A stretch of 64,000 bases of DNA from Thermoplasmatota archaeon (GTDB taxonomy: Archaea > Thermoplasmatota > SW-10-69-26 > JACQPN01 > JAJPHT01), in NCBI GenBank assembly GCA_035526585.1, contig DATLCC010000087.1, positions 80 through 64,079 on the forward strand. The letters are read 5' to 3'. Under the pieces are notes generated by a model. The model saw nothing but the letters and a program-made list of their open reading frames with translations, was not told the DNA's origin and did no database searches. How positions within the stretch are numbered: position 1 is the first letter of the stretch; every line of letters begins with the position of its first letter. A program made the position numbers and the translations under genes. This document shows positions 27,712 through 36,813 of this stretch, in pieces.

Positions 27712-29085
27712 GTGATGAAGTTCGGGGGGACGAGCGTCGGGAGCGGCCCCATGCTCCAGCGCGCGTGCGAGATCGTGGAGCGCGCGCCGCGCGAGCGCGT
27801 CGTCGTCATCAGCGCGATGAGCGGCGTCACGGACTCGATCATCGAGGCGCTGCCCCGCATCCAGCGCGACGAGGGGGCGATCGAGCCGTTCCTGCGCTCC
27901 CTCCTCGAGCGTCATCTCTCGACGCTGCGCGAGGCCGGCGTGAGCGACGCGGAGCTCACGCGCGTGACGCGGGAGATCGACACGCTCCTCCAACGCTTCG
28001 AGCGCCTCCTGTATGGGATCGCGTACACCGAGGAGCTCACGGCGAAGACGAAGGACATGGCCGTCTCGTTCGGCGAGCGCCTCTCGGTGCGCGTCCTCGC
28101 CGGCCTGCTGCGCTCGCGGCGCGTGGAGGCCGAGGCGGTGGACGCGGACGAGGCGGGCATGCTCACGGACGGCGTCTTCGGCAACGCGAGCCCCGTCATG
28201 CCGGCGATCGCGAAGAACCTCGAGCGCAGCATCGTCGGACGCATCCAAGGGGGCGTGACCCCCGTCATGACGGGCTTCTTCGGCTGCGACAACGTGGGTC
28301 GGGTGACGACGTTCGGCCGCGGCGGGAGCGACTACGCGGCGAGCATCGTCGCGGCGGCGCTGCGCGCGGAGCGGCTGGAGATCTGGAAGGACGTGGACGG
28401 CTTCCTCACCGCCGACCCTCGCATCATCAAGGACGCGCAACCGATCGATGCGATGACGTACGACGAGGCGGCGGAGCTCGCCTACACGGGGGCGAAGGTG
28501 CTGCACCCGCGGACGGTCGAGCCGTTGAAGGAGGTCGACATCCCGATCGTCGTGCGCAACACCGGCTCGCCGGAGCTGCAGGGGACGGTCATCACGAACA
28601 ACGCGCCCGTGTCCCGCCGCAACCTGCGCAGCGCGGCCGTCAAGGAGAACCTCGCGATCGTGCGCATCTCGGGCCCCGGCATGGGCTACACGCCGGGTGT
28701 CGGCGAGAAGGTCTTCACGGCATTGGGCCGCAGCAAGGTCAACGTGTACAACATGGCCGCCTCGCAGGCGAGCTTCGCGCTCCTCATCGACCAGGTGGAC
28801 CTCGATCGCGCGATGAAGTCCATCCAGGGCCTGAACGACCCGATCATCCAGAGCGTCGAAGGCATCACCGACCAGTGCCTCGTGTGCGTCGTCGGCGTCG
28901 GCATCGGCAGCACGCACGGGACGGCCGGCAAGATCTTCACCGCCGTCGGTCGGGCGGGCGTGAACGTCGAGATGATCTCGGTGGGCGCGAGCGACATCGC
29001 GCTCAACTTCGTCGTCACGCGCAAGGACCGCAACGCCTGCATCCAGGCGATCCATTCGGAGTTCCTCGTGGAGAAGTCACCATGA
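27712..29085 (+). CDS. lysC: Aspartate kinase
   Basis: 457 aa. Contains (M)MKFGGTSVG, and C-terminal ACT repeats are present. The GTG start lies 2 nt after the tyrA stop. Confidence 0.9.
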   Translation: MMKFGGTSVGSGPMLQRACEIVERAPRERVVVISAMSGVTDSIIEALPRIQRDEGAIEPFLRSLLERHLSTLREAGVSDAELTRVTREIDTLLQRFERLLYGIAYTEELTAKTKDMAVSFGERLSVRVLAGLLRSRRVEAEAVDADEAGMLTDGVFGNASPVMPAIAKNLERSIVGRIQGGVTPVMTGFFGCDNVGRVTTFGRGGSDYAASIVAAALRAERLEIWKDVDGFLTADPRIIKDAQPIDAMTYDEAAELAYTGAKVLHPRTVEPLKEVDIPIVVRNTGSPELQGTVITNNAPVSRRNLRSAAVKENLAIVRISGPGMGYTPGVGEKVFTALGRSKVNVYNMAASQASFALLIDQVDLDRAMKSIQGLNDPIIQSVEGITDQCLVCVVGVGIGSTHGTAGKIFTAVGRAGVNVEMISVGASDIALNFVVTRKDRNACIQAIHSEFLVEKSP

Positions 29086-30119
29086 CCCGCACGTACAAGG
29101 TCGGCATCCTCGGCGCCACCGGCATGGTCGGCCAGCGCTTCATGGCGCTCCTCGACGAGCACCCGTGGTTCAAGGTGACCGAGCTCGTCGCGAGCGAGCG
29201 CAGCGTCGGCAAGCGCTACGCCGAAGCCGCGCCGTGGGTGCTTGATGGCGACCCGCCCGCGTGGGCCGCGGACAAGGCGCTCAAGCTCCCGACGGACGAC
29301 CTCGACGTGGATCTTGTCTTCAGCGCGATCCCCGCGGGCCAGGCCGGCCCGATCGAGAGCGCGCTCGCGGCGCGCGGGATCCACGTCTTCACGAACGCGA
29401 GGGATCACCGCTGGGACCCGGACGTGCCGCTCCTGCTGCCCGAGGTGAACCCGGACCACCTCGCGCTCGTGGATCGGCAGAAGACGCCCGGCAAGATCGT
29501 GACGAACGGCAACTGCAGCACCATCGCGCTCATGATGTCCCTCGCGCCGCTCCACCGCGCGTTCGGCGCCAAGCGCGTGTTCGTCACGACCTACCAGGCG
29601 CTCTCGGGCGCGGGCTATCCGGGCGTCCCGTCGCTCCAGATCCACGGCAACATCGTCCCCTACATCGGCGGCGAGGAGGAGAAGATGGAGAAGGAGAGCA
29701 CCAAGTTCCTCGGCAAGCTCACGCCCGAAGGCGTGAGCCTCGCGGACCTCAAGGTCTCCGCGACGTGCGTCCGCGTCGCGGTCGCCGATGGCCACACGTG
29801 CGCCGTCGCGGCCGAGTTCGAGCGCCCTCCGAGCCCGGAGGACGCGGCGCGCGTGCTTGCCGATTGGCGCGGCGTCCCGCAGCAGCTCAAGCTCCCGAGC
29901 GCGCCGCTGCGCCCGGTGCACGTGCGCGGCGAGCCCGATCGCCCGCAGCCGCGCAAGGACGCGGGCGCGGAGCGGGGGATGGCCGCGAGCGTGGGTCGCA
30001 TCCGGCGGGACAATGCGTTCCACCTTCGGTGGATCTCGTTGGCGTCGAACACGATCCGCGGGGCGGCGGGCTCCAACGTGCTGGGAGCGGAGCTCTTCGT
30101 GGCGCAGAAGCGGCTCTGA
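29082..30119 (+). CDS. asd: Aspartate-semialdehyde dehydrogenase
   Basis: 345 aa with an ATGA overlap. Motifs are GILGATGMVGQ and the active-site segment TNGNCSTI. Confidence 0.9.
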   Translation: MTRTYKVGILGATGMVGQRFMALLDEHPWFKVTELVASERSVGKRYAEAAPWVLDGDPPAWAADKALKLPTDDLDVDLVFSAIPAGQAGPIESALAARGIHVFTNARDHRWDPDVPLLLPEVNPDHLALVDRQKTPGKIVTNGNCSTIALMMSLAPLHRAFGAKRVFVTTYQALSGAGYPGVPSLQIHGNIVPYIGGEEEKMEKESTKFLGKLTPEGVSLADLKVSATCVRVAVADGHTCAVAAEFERPPSPEDAARVLADWRGVPQQLKLPSAPLRPVHVRGEPDRPQPRKDAGAERGMAASVGRIRRDNAFHLRWISLASNTIRGAAGSNVLGAELFVAQKRL

Positions 30120-30139
30120 GCCCTTCCGGCTCGACCGTC

Positions 30140-30631
30140 TCAGCGCCAGAAGGAGTAGCGCTCGAGGAGCCTTCCGAGCGCATCGCGCTGGTCAGCCGTG
30201 ATGATCTTCCCTTCCGTCTCCTTCTCGTCGAGGAAGACCTGGGCGTCCTCGGTGCTCTGGCGCGCGCCGCGCGCGAAGAGGCCTTCGAGGAAGGCGCGGA
30301 CGTCCTTGTCGTCCATGCCGCCTTCGCGCATGCCGAGCGCTTCCTTCGCGTCGTACATGAAGTGGCCCTTGCGGCCCTGCGCCATCATGCGCTTCCTTGC
30401 GCCGGGCACGGGCACGCGCGCGGGGCGGTCCGCGTTGCTCGCGAAGCCCGACGAGCGGTTGCCCTGGAAACCGGTGCTGCCACCGGTGGGGCGGACGAAG
30501 CAGTCACGGCAGAAGACCGGGCGCCCGGGTGTCGGGGCGAAGGGGACGGAGGCGGCCTTGCCGCACTTCGTGCAGGTGATCTCGGTGCGGGTCTGGGGGG
30601 CGGGCGAATAGTGGGAGATGGGAGCGGACAT
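30140..30631 (-). CDS. Zinc-ribbon protein with a CxxC-x17-CxxC domain; C-terminal domain unknown
   Basis: 163 aa. TCTKCGKAASVPFAPTPGRPVFCRDCF has exactly 17 residues between the two CxxC pairs. A Gly/Ser/Arg-rich linker and an unknown helical C-terminus follow. Confidence 0.6.
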   Translation of the reverse strand: MSAPISHYSPAPQTRTEITCTKCGKAASVPFAPTPGRPVFCRDCFVRPTGGSTGFQGNRSSGFASNADRPARVPVPGARKRMMAQGRKGHFMYDAKEALGMREGGMDDKDVRAFLEGLFARGARQSTEDAQVFLDEKETEGKIITADQRDALGRLLERYSFWR

Positions 30632-30962
30632 GGGTATCAGGTGATGGGTCGTGGTGTTCGAGCGTAGGCGAGGAAAGGAGCGCGAGGCACGCGGGCGGTG
30701 GGGGACCGCTGCGGGCGTGGCGCTCGTCGGGCCGCCGAGGCAGCCCGGGACCCATCACGCACAGACGTCGAGGGGGGCGCGCGGGCCGTTGCAGGAAAAT
30801 GCGTCGTTCAGTGCGTCACCCAACCTATGCGACTTTTTGCGTCGGCTTCGGGTATAAGCGCGCCGATGCGAGTCGCATGGCCCAGCTCAAGAATGACCAC
30901 ATGTGGGCAATAGCGGCCAGTTTCCAACAATGCCGCGTGCCTGCCGGCGCGGCATTCCTGTC

Positions 30963-31242
30963 AGGCCGAAATGTCTCTGATGATCAAGTTCGGGATGCCT
31001 GACAAGCGAGGATGTGGGTGACGGAGGTTGCCCCTGCTCATGCCACGACACGGGGGGTCTCTTTGTTGCGCCCCCAGCGGACTTCCCTCCGGGCGTCACG
31101 CAGCGCGCGCGACATCACCGCCTTCACCGATGCGGGCCGCATCGAAGGCTCCGTTGTTCGCTTGGCGAGCCGGATCTCCCCGTCACTCCCCTCCTCGCTT
31201 CGTGGGGGACGCGAAACTTTTCATCAGAAAAATGTCGCCCCC
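30963..31242. mobile_element. ORF-less MITE-like unit of about 280 bp, bounded by an inverted pair of the 62-bp palindrome-tipped repeat
   Basis: The left copy is 30963-31024 (+): CCGAAATGTCTCTGATGATCAAGTTCGG + ..GCGAGGATGTGGGTGACGG. The right copy is 31177-31242 (-): reverse complement GCGACATTTTTCTGATGAAAAGTTTCGC + GTCCCCCACGAAGCGAGGAGGGGAGTGACGG. The palindromes face outward and the tails face inward. Confidence 0.45.
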
Positions 31243-31370
31243 GGCGACCTTGTCTCTGCTTAGGCCGTGCGCCATCGCGGTCGATGCGCGCGAGCGCCTC
31301 CGCTCGTCGCGTCGGAAGTAGAAGAAAAGGAGCGGGCCGCGAAGCGGCCCCGCCCACGGAAAGTTCGCCC

Positions 31371-32636
31371 TCAGGCCGACTTTCCGGTCGCGATGATCTT
31401 CATCGTGCCGTCGTCCTGGACCTGCCAGTACGAGTAGATGCCCGTGGTGGGCTCGCGCTTCGCGGGATCGAAGGCGAAGGCGTGGGCGTAGCCGTCGAAG
31501 TCGATGTCGTCGCCCTTCTTCACGGCCTCGGCCGCGTCCTTGAACCGGTCGGCCGTGTACTTCGTGCCCGGCGCGTTCAGGATGTCGGGGAGCTTCGCGG
31601 CGATGTCCTTGCCTTCGACGCTCTTCGCGGCGAGCGCGGCAAGGGCGAGGTACATGACGCCGTCGTAGCTCTCGGCGGCATAGAGCGCGGGCGTATGGCC
31701 GTAGCTCGCGTTGAAGACCGCGTTGAAGCGCGAGAGGTTCGCCGTCTCGGGGTTCGTGCCCTTGACGCCGGCGGCGAGGAACTTGTCGTCCGGGCCCTTG
31801 CCGGCCTTCGTGGCGAGCTGCTCGTTGTACACGCCTTCGGAGCCGTACACCTTCGTGCCCGCGAGGCAGCCCTGCGTCTGCATGGCCTTGAGGGCCGCGG
31901 CGCCGTCGTCGACGTACGCGACGAGGACGATCGCGTCGGGCTTGGGGGCCGCGCACACGGTCGTGACCTGGCTCGACATGTCGCCGGCCGCGTTCTCTTC
32001 GTACTTGGCCTCGTGGCCGGGGACGACCGCGACGGGCGGGACGCTCGTCGTGAGCGCCTGCTTCATGACGGCCGTGAGGCCGTTGCCGTACGCGTTGTTG
32101 ACGATGATGATGCCGACGGTCTTCACGCCGTCGTCCGCGATGAGCTTCGCGAGGACCTTGCCCTGGACGGCGTCCGAGGGCGAGATGCGCAGGAAGTAGC
32201 CGCCGTTGTCCTTCTCCGTGAGCGTGGGGCTCGTGGCGGAGGGGGAGGCGACGACGATCTGCTCCTGCTTCGCGAGGTCGAGGACCGCCGCCGTGACGCC
32301 GGAGCAGCAGGGGCCGACGATGCCGGTGACGCCGGCCGAGGCGAGCTGGTTGAACGTCCCCGTGATGGCGGCGCTGTCGGTCGTCTTGTCGTCCTTGTAG
32401 GTCGCGGTGATCTTGATGCCGACGTTGGCGTCGTTCACCTGCTCGACGGCGAGCTTCGCGCCGTTCTCCATGTCGGGGCCCAGCGAGTTGAGGGCACCGG
32501 TGAGCGGCATCATCGAGCCGAGCTTGAATTCCAGCGTCTTGTCGTTGCCAGTGTTGGTGCCGTTCTGCGCGCAGCCGGCCAGCATCGGGGCAGCAAGGAG
32601 CGAGACGGCGGCGAGAAGGAGCATCTTGTGCGTCAT
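31371..32636 (-). CDS. ABC-transporter substrate-binding lipoprotein, branched-chain amino acid (LivJ / Peripla_BP_6) type
   Basis: The internal ATG 32636 gives MTHKMLLLAAVSLLAAPMLAGC (lipobox LAGC). A type I periplasmic-binding fold follows. No permease or ATPase genes are adjacent. Confidence 0.85.
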   Translation of the reverse strand: MTHKMLLLAAVSLLAAPMLAGCAQNGTNTGNDKTLEFKLGSMMPLTGALNSLGPDMENGAKLAVEQVNDANVGIKITATYKDDKTTDSAAITGTFNQLASAGVTGIVGPCCSGVTAAVLDLAKQEQIVVASPSATSPTLTEKDNGGYFLRISPSDAVQGKVLAKLIADDGVKTVGIIIVNNAYGNGLTAVMKQALTTSVPPVAVVPGHEAKYEENAAGDMSSQVTTVCAAPKPDAIVLVAYVDDGAAALKAMQTQGCLAGTKVYGSEGVYNEQLATKAGKGPDDKFLAAGVKGTNPETANLSRFNAVFNASYGHTPALYAAESYDGVMYLALAALAAKSVEGKDIAAKLPDILNAPGTKYTADRFKDAAEAVKKGDDIDFDGYAHAFAFDPAKREPTTGIYSYWQVQDDGTMKIIATGKSA

Positions 32637-32706
32637 GGTCGTGGCTTCCCCCATTCGGAAGGTGATGCGAGACCCGGGATACGATGGATAAACCTTGCCT
32701 CTTTTG

Positions 32707-33591
32707 TTATCTCGCTCGCCACAGGAGCCGAGCTCCCTCGATATAGGCCTCGACGCGCCCCGCGCGCTCCAGCGCCGCGAGATAGCCGCGCACCGTCGCC
32801 GCCTGGAGCGCGTACAGCTCCACCGTGAGCTGCGCGGGCGGGAAACGGTCGAGGAGAGCCACGAGCACGTCCTCCGCGCTCGCCGGCGCCCGCCCCAGGA
32901 ACGCGAGCGCGGCCTCCTCCGCCGCGTGCATCGCGTCCGCGTTCGCGCGCACGGCGGCGTCCACGTCGCCGACCACGCCGCCGTGATAGCTGACGATCGT
33001 CCTGTCCGCAAGCGTCCGCAGCCGCTCGGTGCTCGCGCGGGCTGCCACCGGATCCACCGCGAACACGAGCCCGTACTTCGAGAGCGTCGCCTCCGGCAGC
33101 AGGGCGTCGCCCACGAAGATCGTGCCGTCGACCTCGATCCCCATCTGCCCGACGCTGTGGCCGCCGAGGGCATGCGCGCGGATCCGGAAGCCGGCGACGT
33201 CCTGCTCCCCCTCGTGCAGCTGCTGCCCCACGGTGGAGGGCTGCGCCTGCAGGAACTTGCCCTGCAGGGCCTTGGGCGCGCCTGCGCCAAAGAGCGTGTA
33301 CGGCTCGAGGTCGGGGTGCTCGACGAAATAGTGCTCGTAATGCGGCGCCGCGATCAGGCACCCCGTCCGCTTCGCGACCCATGCGTTCCCGCCTATGTGG
33401 TCGGCGTGCGCGTGGGTGTTCACGACCGCGGCCACGGACACGCCCTCGTTCTGCAGGGAGTTCGTCACCTTCCGGACGAGATTCTCGTCGAGGCCGCTGT
33501 CCACGAGCAGCGCACTTGCTCCATGCGTGACGACGCCAATGCCCGTCCCTGCCTTGGCCACGCGTACCGAGGGCGATATCTGCTCGAACAT
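32707..33591 (-). CDS. MBL-fold metallo-hydrolase with a C-terminal winged-helix-like extension
   Basis: The metal motif is NTHAHADHIGG, and downstream His/Asp ligands are present. I take the start at MFEQISPSV (ATG 33591); the track start is 33627. Confidence 0.8.
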   Translation of the reverse strand: MFEQISPSVRVAKAGTGIGVVTHGASALLVDSGLDENLVRKVTNSLQNEGVSVAAVVNTHAHADHIGGNAWVAKRTGCLIAAPHYEHYFVEHPDLEPYTLFGAGAPKALQGKFLQAQPSTVGQQLHEGEQDVAGFRIRAHALGGHSVGQMGIEVDGTIFVGDALLPEATLSKYGLVFAVDPVAARASTERLRTLADRTIVSYHGGVVGDVDAAVRANADAMHAAEEAALAFLGRAPASAEDVLVALLDRFPPAQLTVELYALQAATVRGYLAALERAGRVEAYIEGARLLWRAR

Positions 33592-33658
33592 CACGCGACA
33601 CCTCCCGCGCATAGGGCCACCGACCACATGGCGCCGACGGTCCAGAGGAACAGAGAGA

Positions 33659-34480
33659 TCACCCCGTGACGGGACACACAGGCAGATCGCACGAGCGCGC
33701 GACGAGGATATCGACCGTCACGACGCGGACGAGGAAGGTCAGGTCTTCGCCATACAGCACGTGATCCTCGTTCCCCGCGATCGTGTACGCCTTGTCTTTG
33801 GGCACACGGACGGCGAGCGTCTCTCCGGCGACCATGCCGGAGCCGTCGCCGGCATCCTGCAGGCGCGCGTCGAAGCCTTCGATGACGGGGTGATAGCCCG
33901 TGGAGTTGTAGGGCTCGGGCGGCGGCGTGCCACGCTCTCCGCCGACGTAGACCTTGAGGGGCACGTCGCCGGACGTGTCGTTGGCGTCATCGAGGATCGC
34001 GTTGCCCAGCGTCGCGCGGGCGCGCAGGGCAGGATCGTTCGTGGACGCGAGCGTGCCGTTCGCATACCAGAGGACGTAGTACACCTGCGTCCCGATGCCT
34101 GCGCGCAGCGGCTCGCGCCCGAGGTCGCGCACGTTCACGATGACGCGCGACTTCGTGTCGCCCACGTGCAGCGTCACCTCGCGCGGCTCGTGCGTCGCGT
34201 TCGCGTCGGGCGTCACGCGCACGACGAGGCTCGACGTGTCCTTCCCGCGCAGCTCGACGCTGTCGTTCTCCGCCTCGAAGGTCCAGCCATCGGGTCCGTC
34301 GAAGGAGACGTCCAGCGTCTGCTTGAAGGGGGAGGTGCTCCGCAGGAAGAAGGCGAACTCCGTCGCGCGCCCCGGCTGCGCGTCGTTGATCACATAATAG
34401 GGCTCGACGTCGACGGGCGACGTCTTCTCGACGCATCCTGCGAGAAGGAGGACGAGGCCCAGGACAAGGAGCCGGCGCAT
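33659..34480 (-). CDS. Lipoprotein with a C-terminal FKBP-like (PPIase-like) segment
   Basis: ATG 34480 gives MRRLLVLGLVLLLAGC (lipobox). The C-terminal YHPVIEGFDARLQ..GMVAGETLAVRVPKDKAY resembles the FKBP flap and active-site region. An alternative start is ATG 34537. Confidence 0.55.
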   Translation of the reverse strand: MRRLLVLGLVLLLAGCVEKTSPVDVEPYYVINDAQPGRATEFAFFLRSTSPFKQTLDVSFDGPDGWTFEAENDSVELRGKDTSSLVVRVTPDANATHEPREVTLHVGDTKSRVIVNVRDLGREPLRAGIGTQVYYVLWYANGTLASTNDPALRARATLGNAILDDANDTSGDVPLKVYVGGERGTPPPEPYNSTGYHPVIEGFDARLQDAGDGSGMVAGETLAVRVPKDKAYTIAGNEDHVLYGEDLTFLVRVVTVDILVARSCDLPVCPVTG

Positions 34481-34563
34481 GCAGCGCGCGCAGGCCGAGG
34501 GGCGCGCTTGAGGGTTGCGGGAGGGAACAACCTTCATGCTGCGTCCTCGCCGATCAGCGGTGC

Positions 34564-35385
34564 ATGTGCCGCATGGTGGCCGTCGTGGGCACCCGCGCTG
34601 CGGGCGTCGACATCGCGCGCCGCTTCCGCCGCGAGGCGCACGAGGGGCGGGTCGCGCGCGGGGCCGCTCCCGGCCACAGGGACGGCTGGGGGATCGCCTA
34701 CGCCGACGCGAACGGCGCGCTCCGATACGCGGGCCGATCGACCGCCGACGCCGCGACGGACCCGGCCTACACCGAGGCGCTCGACACGCTGGCCGCAGGG
34801 GCTGGCGCGCGCGGGGTCGCCGGAGCGAGCGAGGACCAAGCCGCGCGCAGCTCGCGCATCGTGATGCTGGCGCACGTGCGCAAGATGACGCTGGGCGCCA
34901 AAGCGATCGAGAACACGCACCCCTTCCTCGCAGAAGGGCTCGCGCTGGCCCACAACGGCACGGTGCACGGCTTCGCGGCTCCGGGCCAGAACGACACGCG
35001 CGCGCTGTTCGCGCGCCTCCTCGACGAGCGCCGCAGGGGCGCCAGCGTCGGGGACGCGCTCGTGGCACTGGCCCGCGACGTGGAGGCGCGCTCGACCTTC
35101 ACCTCGCTCACGCTCCTCGTCACCGACGGCGCAAGCCTCTGGGGGCTGCGCCTCGTCGGGAACGACCCCGTCGCCTGCGCGCCCGAGGCATGCGCCTCCG
35201 ACTACTACACGCTGGGCCACGCCACGCTCGCCGACGGAAGCGTCGTCCTGAGCCAGGAGCACGAGGTGCTCGGGCTTGCCGGCTGGACGCCCATCGCGGA
35301 CGGCGCGCTCGTCCACGTGGACCCACATGGGCGCATCCGGACGCGCCTGGCGCTCGAAAAGCCGAAAGGGTCATCCCCCGCGTGA
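34564..35385 (+). CDS. Class II (Ntn) glutamine amidotransferase-like protein, YafJ type
   Basis: 273 aa. It has an N-terminal MCR.. (catalytic Cys2) and a GATase_4-like profile (HVRKMTLG..NTHPF..HNG). Confidence 0.75.
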   Translation: MCRMVAVVGTRAAGVDIARRFRREAHEGRVARGAAPGHRDGWGIAYADANGALRYAGRSTADAATDPAYTEALDTLAAGAGARGVAGASEDQAARSSRIVMLAHVRKMTLGAKAIENTHPFLAEGLALAHNGTVHGFAAPGQNDTRALFARLLDERRRGASVGDALVALARDVEARSTFTSLTLLVTDGASLWGLRLVGNDPVACAPEACASDYYTLGHATLADGSVVLSQEHEVLGLAGWTPIADGALVHVDPHGRIRTRLALEKPKGSSPA

Positions 35386-36755
35386 CCCGCTCCAGACGCA
35401 TGCCCAGCCTCCCCGCGCCGCCCGCAAAGCTCCTCGACGAGCTGCGCGCCTCGAAGGACACGCGCGTCAAGGTCGCGGTCTCCGACGTCGACGGGATCCT
35501 ACGCGGCAAATACATGGACAAGGCGAAGTTCCTCTCCGCCGCCGAGTCCGGCTTCGGCTTCTGCAACGTCGTCTTCGGCTGGGACGCCGGCGACGTCTGC
35601 TACGACAACGCCACCTACACGGGCTGGCACTCCGGGTACCCCGACGACACCGCGCGCGTCGACCTCGCCACGATGCGCCGCGTGCCGTGGGAGAACGACG
35701 TCCCCTTCTTCCTCGCCGACTTCGCGAACGACGTGTGCCCGCGCACGCTCCTCAAGCGCACCGTCGACAGGGCGCGCGGCATGGGGTTCGCGCCCGTCTT
35801 CGGCATGGAGTTCGAATGGTTCAACTTCCGCGAGACGCCCCAATCGCTCGCCGCGAAAGGATATCGCCGACCCGAGCCCATCACCCCCGGCATGTTCGGC
35901 TACTCGATCCTGCGCGCCGGCCAGAACGAGCCCTTCTTCGCCGCGATCATGGACGAGATGGCGCGCTACGGCATCCCGATCGAAGGGCTCCACACCGAGA
36001 CGGGCCCAGGCGTCCTCGAAGTCGCCCTCGGCCCCGCGGACGCACTCGAAGCAGCCGACCGCGCGCTCCTCTTCAAGACCGGCGTCAAACACATCGCCCA
36101 ACGCTTCGGCATCATGCCGAGCTTCATGGCGAAATGGGACCAGAAGCTCCCCGGCTGCAGCGGCCACGTCCACCAGAGCCTCTCCGACATCGCGGGCAAG
36201 AAGAACCTCTTCCACGAGGAAGGCGACCCGCACAAGATGAGCGCGACCTACAAAAGCTATCTCGCAGGCCAGATGAGATGCCTCCCCGAGATCCTCCCCA
36301 TGTTCGCACCCACCATCAACTCCTACAAGCGCCTCGTCGACGGCTACTGGGCCCCCACGAAGGTCACCTGGGGCATCGACAACCGCACCACCGCCTTCCG
36401 CGCCATCCCCGCCTCCCCCAAGGCGACGAGGCTCGAGACGCGCGTCCCCGGCAGCGACGTCCACCCCCACCTCGCCATCGCCGCATGCCTCGCGAGCGGC
36501 CTCTACGGCATCGAGAAAAAACTCGAGCTCCACGAGAGACCTATCGAAGGCAGCGCCTACCTCGACAAGCACAGCGAACGCCTCCCCCGCAACCTCCAAG
36601 AAGCGACCGCACGCATGAAAGACAGCAAGCTCGCCCGCGAACTCTTCGGCCAAGGATTCGTCGACCACTTCGTCGCCACACGCGAATGGGAATGGCGCCA
36701 ATACCAAGACGCCGTCACCGACTGGGAGACCCAACGCTACTTCGAGATCATATGA
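35382..36755 (+). CDS. Glutamine synthetase-family ligase (GlnA3 / PuuA-like gamma-glutamyl-amine synthetase candidate)
   Basis: GS catalytic-domain motifs are GMEFEWF, HTETGPGVLE, NSYKRLV and RLETRVPGSD. GTG 35382 overlaps the upstream stop (GTGA); an alternative start is ATG 35400. Confidence 0.85.
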   Translation: MTRSRRMPSLPAPPAKLLDELRASKDTRVKVAVSDVDGILRGKYMDKAKFLSAAESGFGFCNVVFGWDAGDVCYDNATYTGWHSGYPDDTARVDLATMRRVPWENDVPFFLADFANDVCPRTLLKRTVDRARGMGFAPVFGMEFEWFNFRETPQSLAAKGYRRPEPITPGMFGYSILRAGQNEPFFAAIMDEMARYGIPIEGLHTETGPGVLEVALGPADALEAADRALLFKTGVKHIAQRFGIMPSFMAKWDQKLPGCSGHVHQSLSDIAGKKNLFHEEGDPHKMSATYKSYLAGQMRCLPEILPMFAPTINSYKRLVDGYWAPTKVTWGIDNRTTAFRAIPASPKATRLETRVPGSDVHPHLAIAACLASGLYGIEKKLELHERPIEGSAYLDKHSERLPRNLQEATARMKDSKLARELFGQGFVDHFVATREWEWRQYQDAVTDWETQRYFEII

Positions 36756-36813
36756 TCCTCACCGCTCGCGCTGCGGCGCTCGCTGTCGACCACAACCCTC
36801 TCCACGTGATATC

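Noticed and set aside
30968-31005. C/D-box sRNA candidate (CTGATGA .. CTGA inside stem TGTCAGGC/GCCTGACA)
   Set aside because: Only one C-like and one D-like box are present, with no C'/D' pair and no K-turn-compatible terminal arrangement. The segment is better explained as the eroded palindrome of the 62-bp repeat.
31353-31372. ACGGAAAGTTCGCCC resembling the RNase P RNA CR-I motif (GAGGAAAGUCC)
   Set aside because: It is a short partial match that overlaps the 3' end of the substrate-binding-protein gene. No other RNase P conserved regions are nearby.
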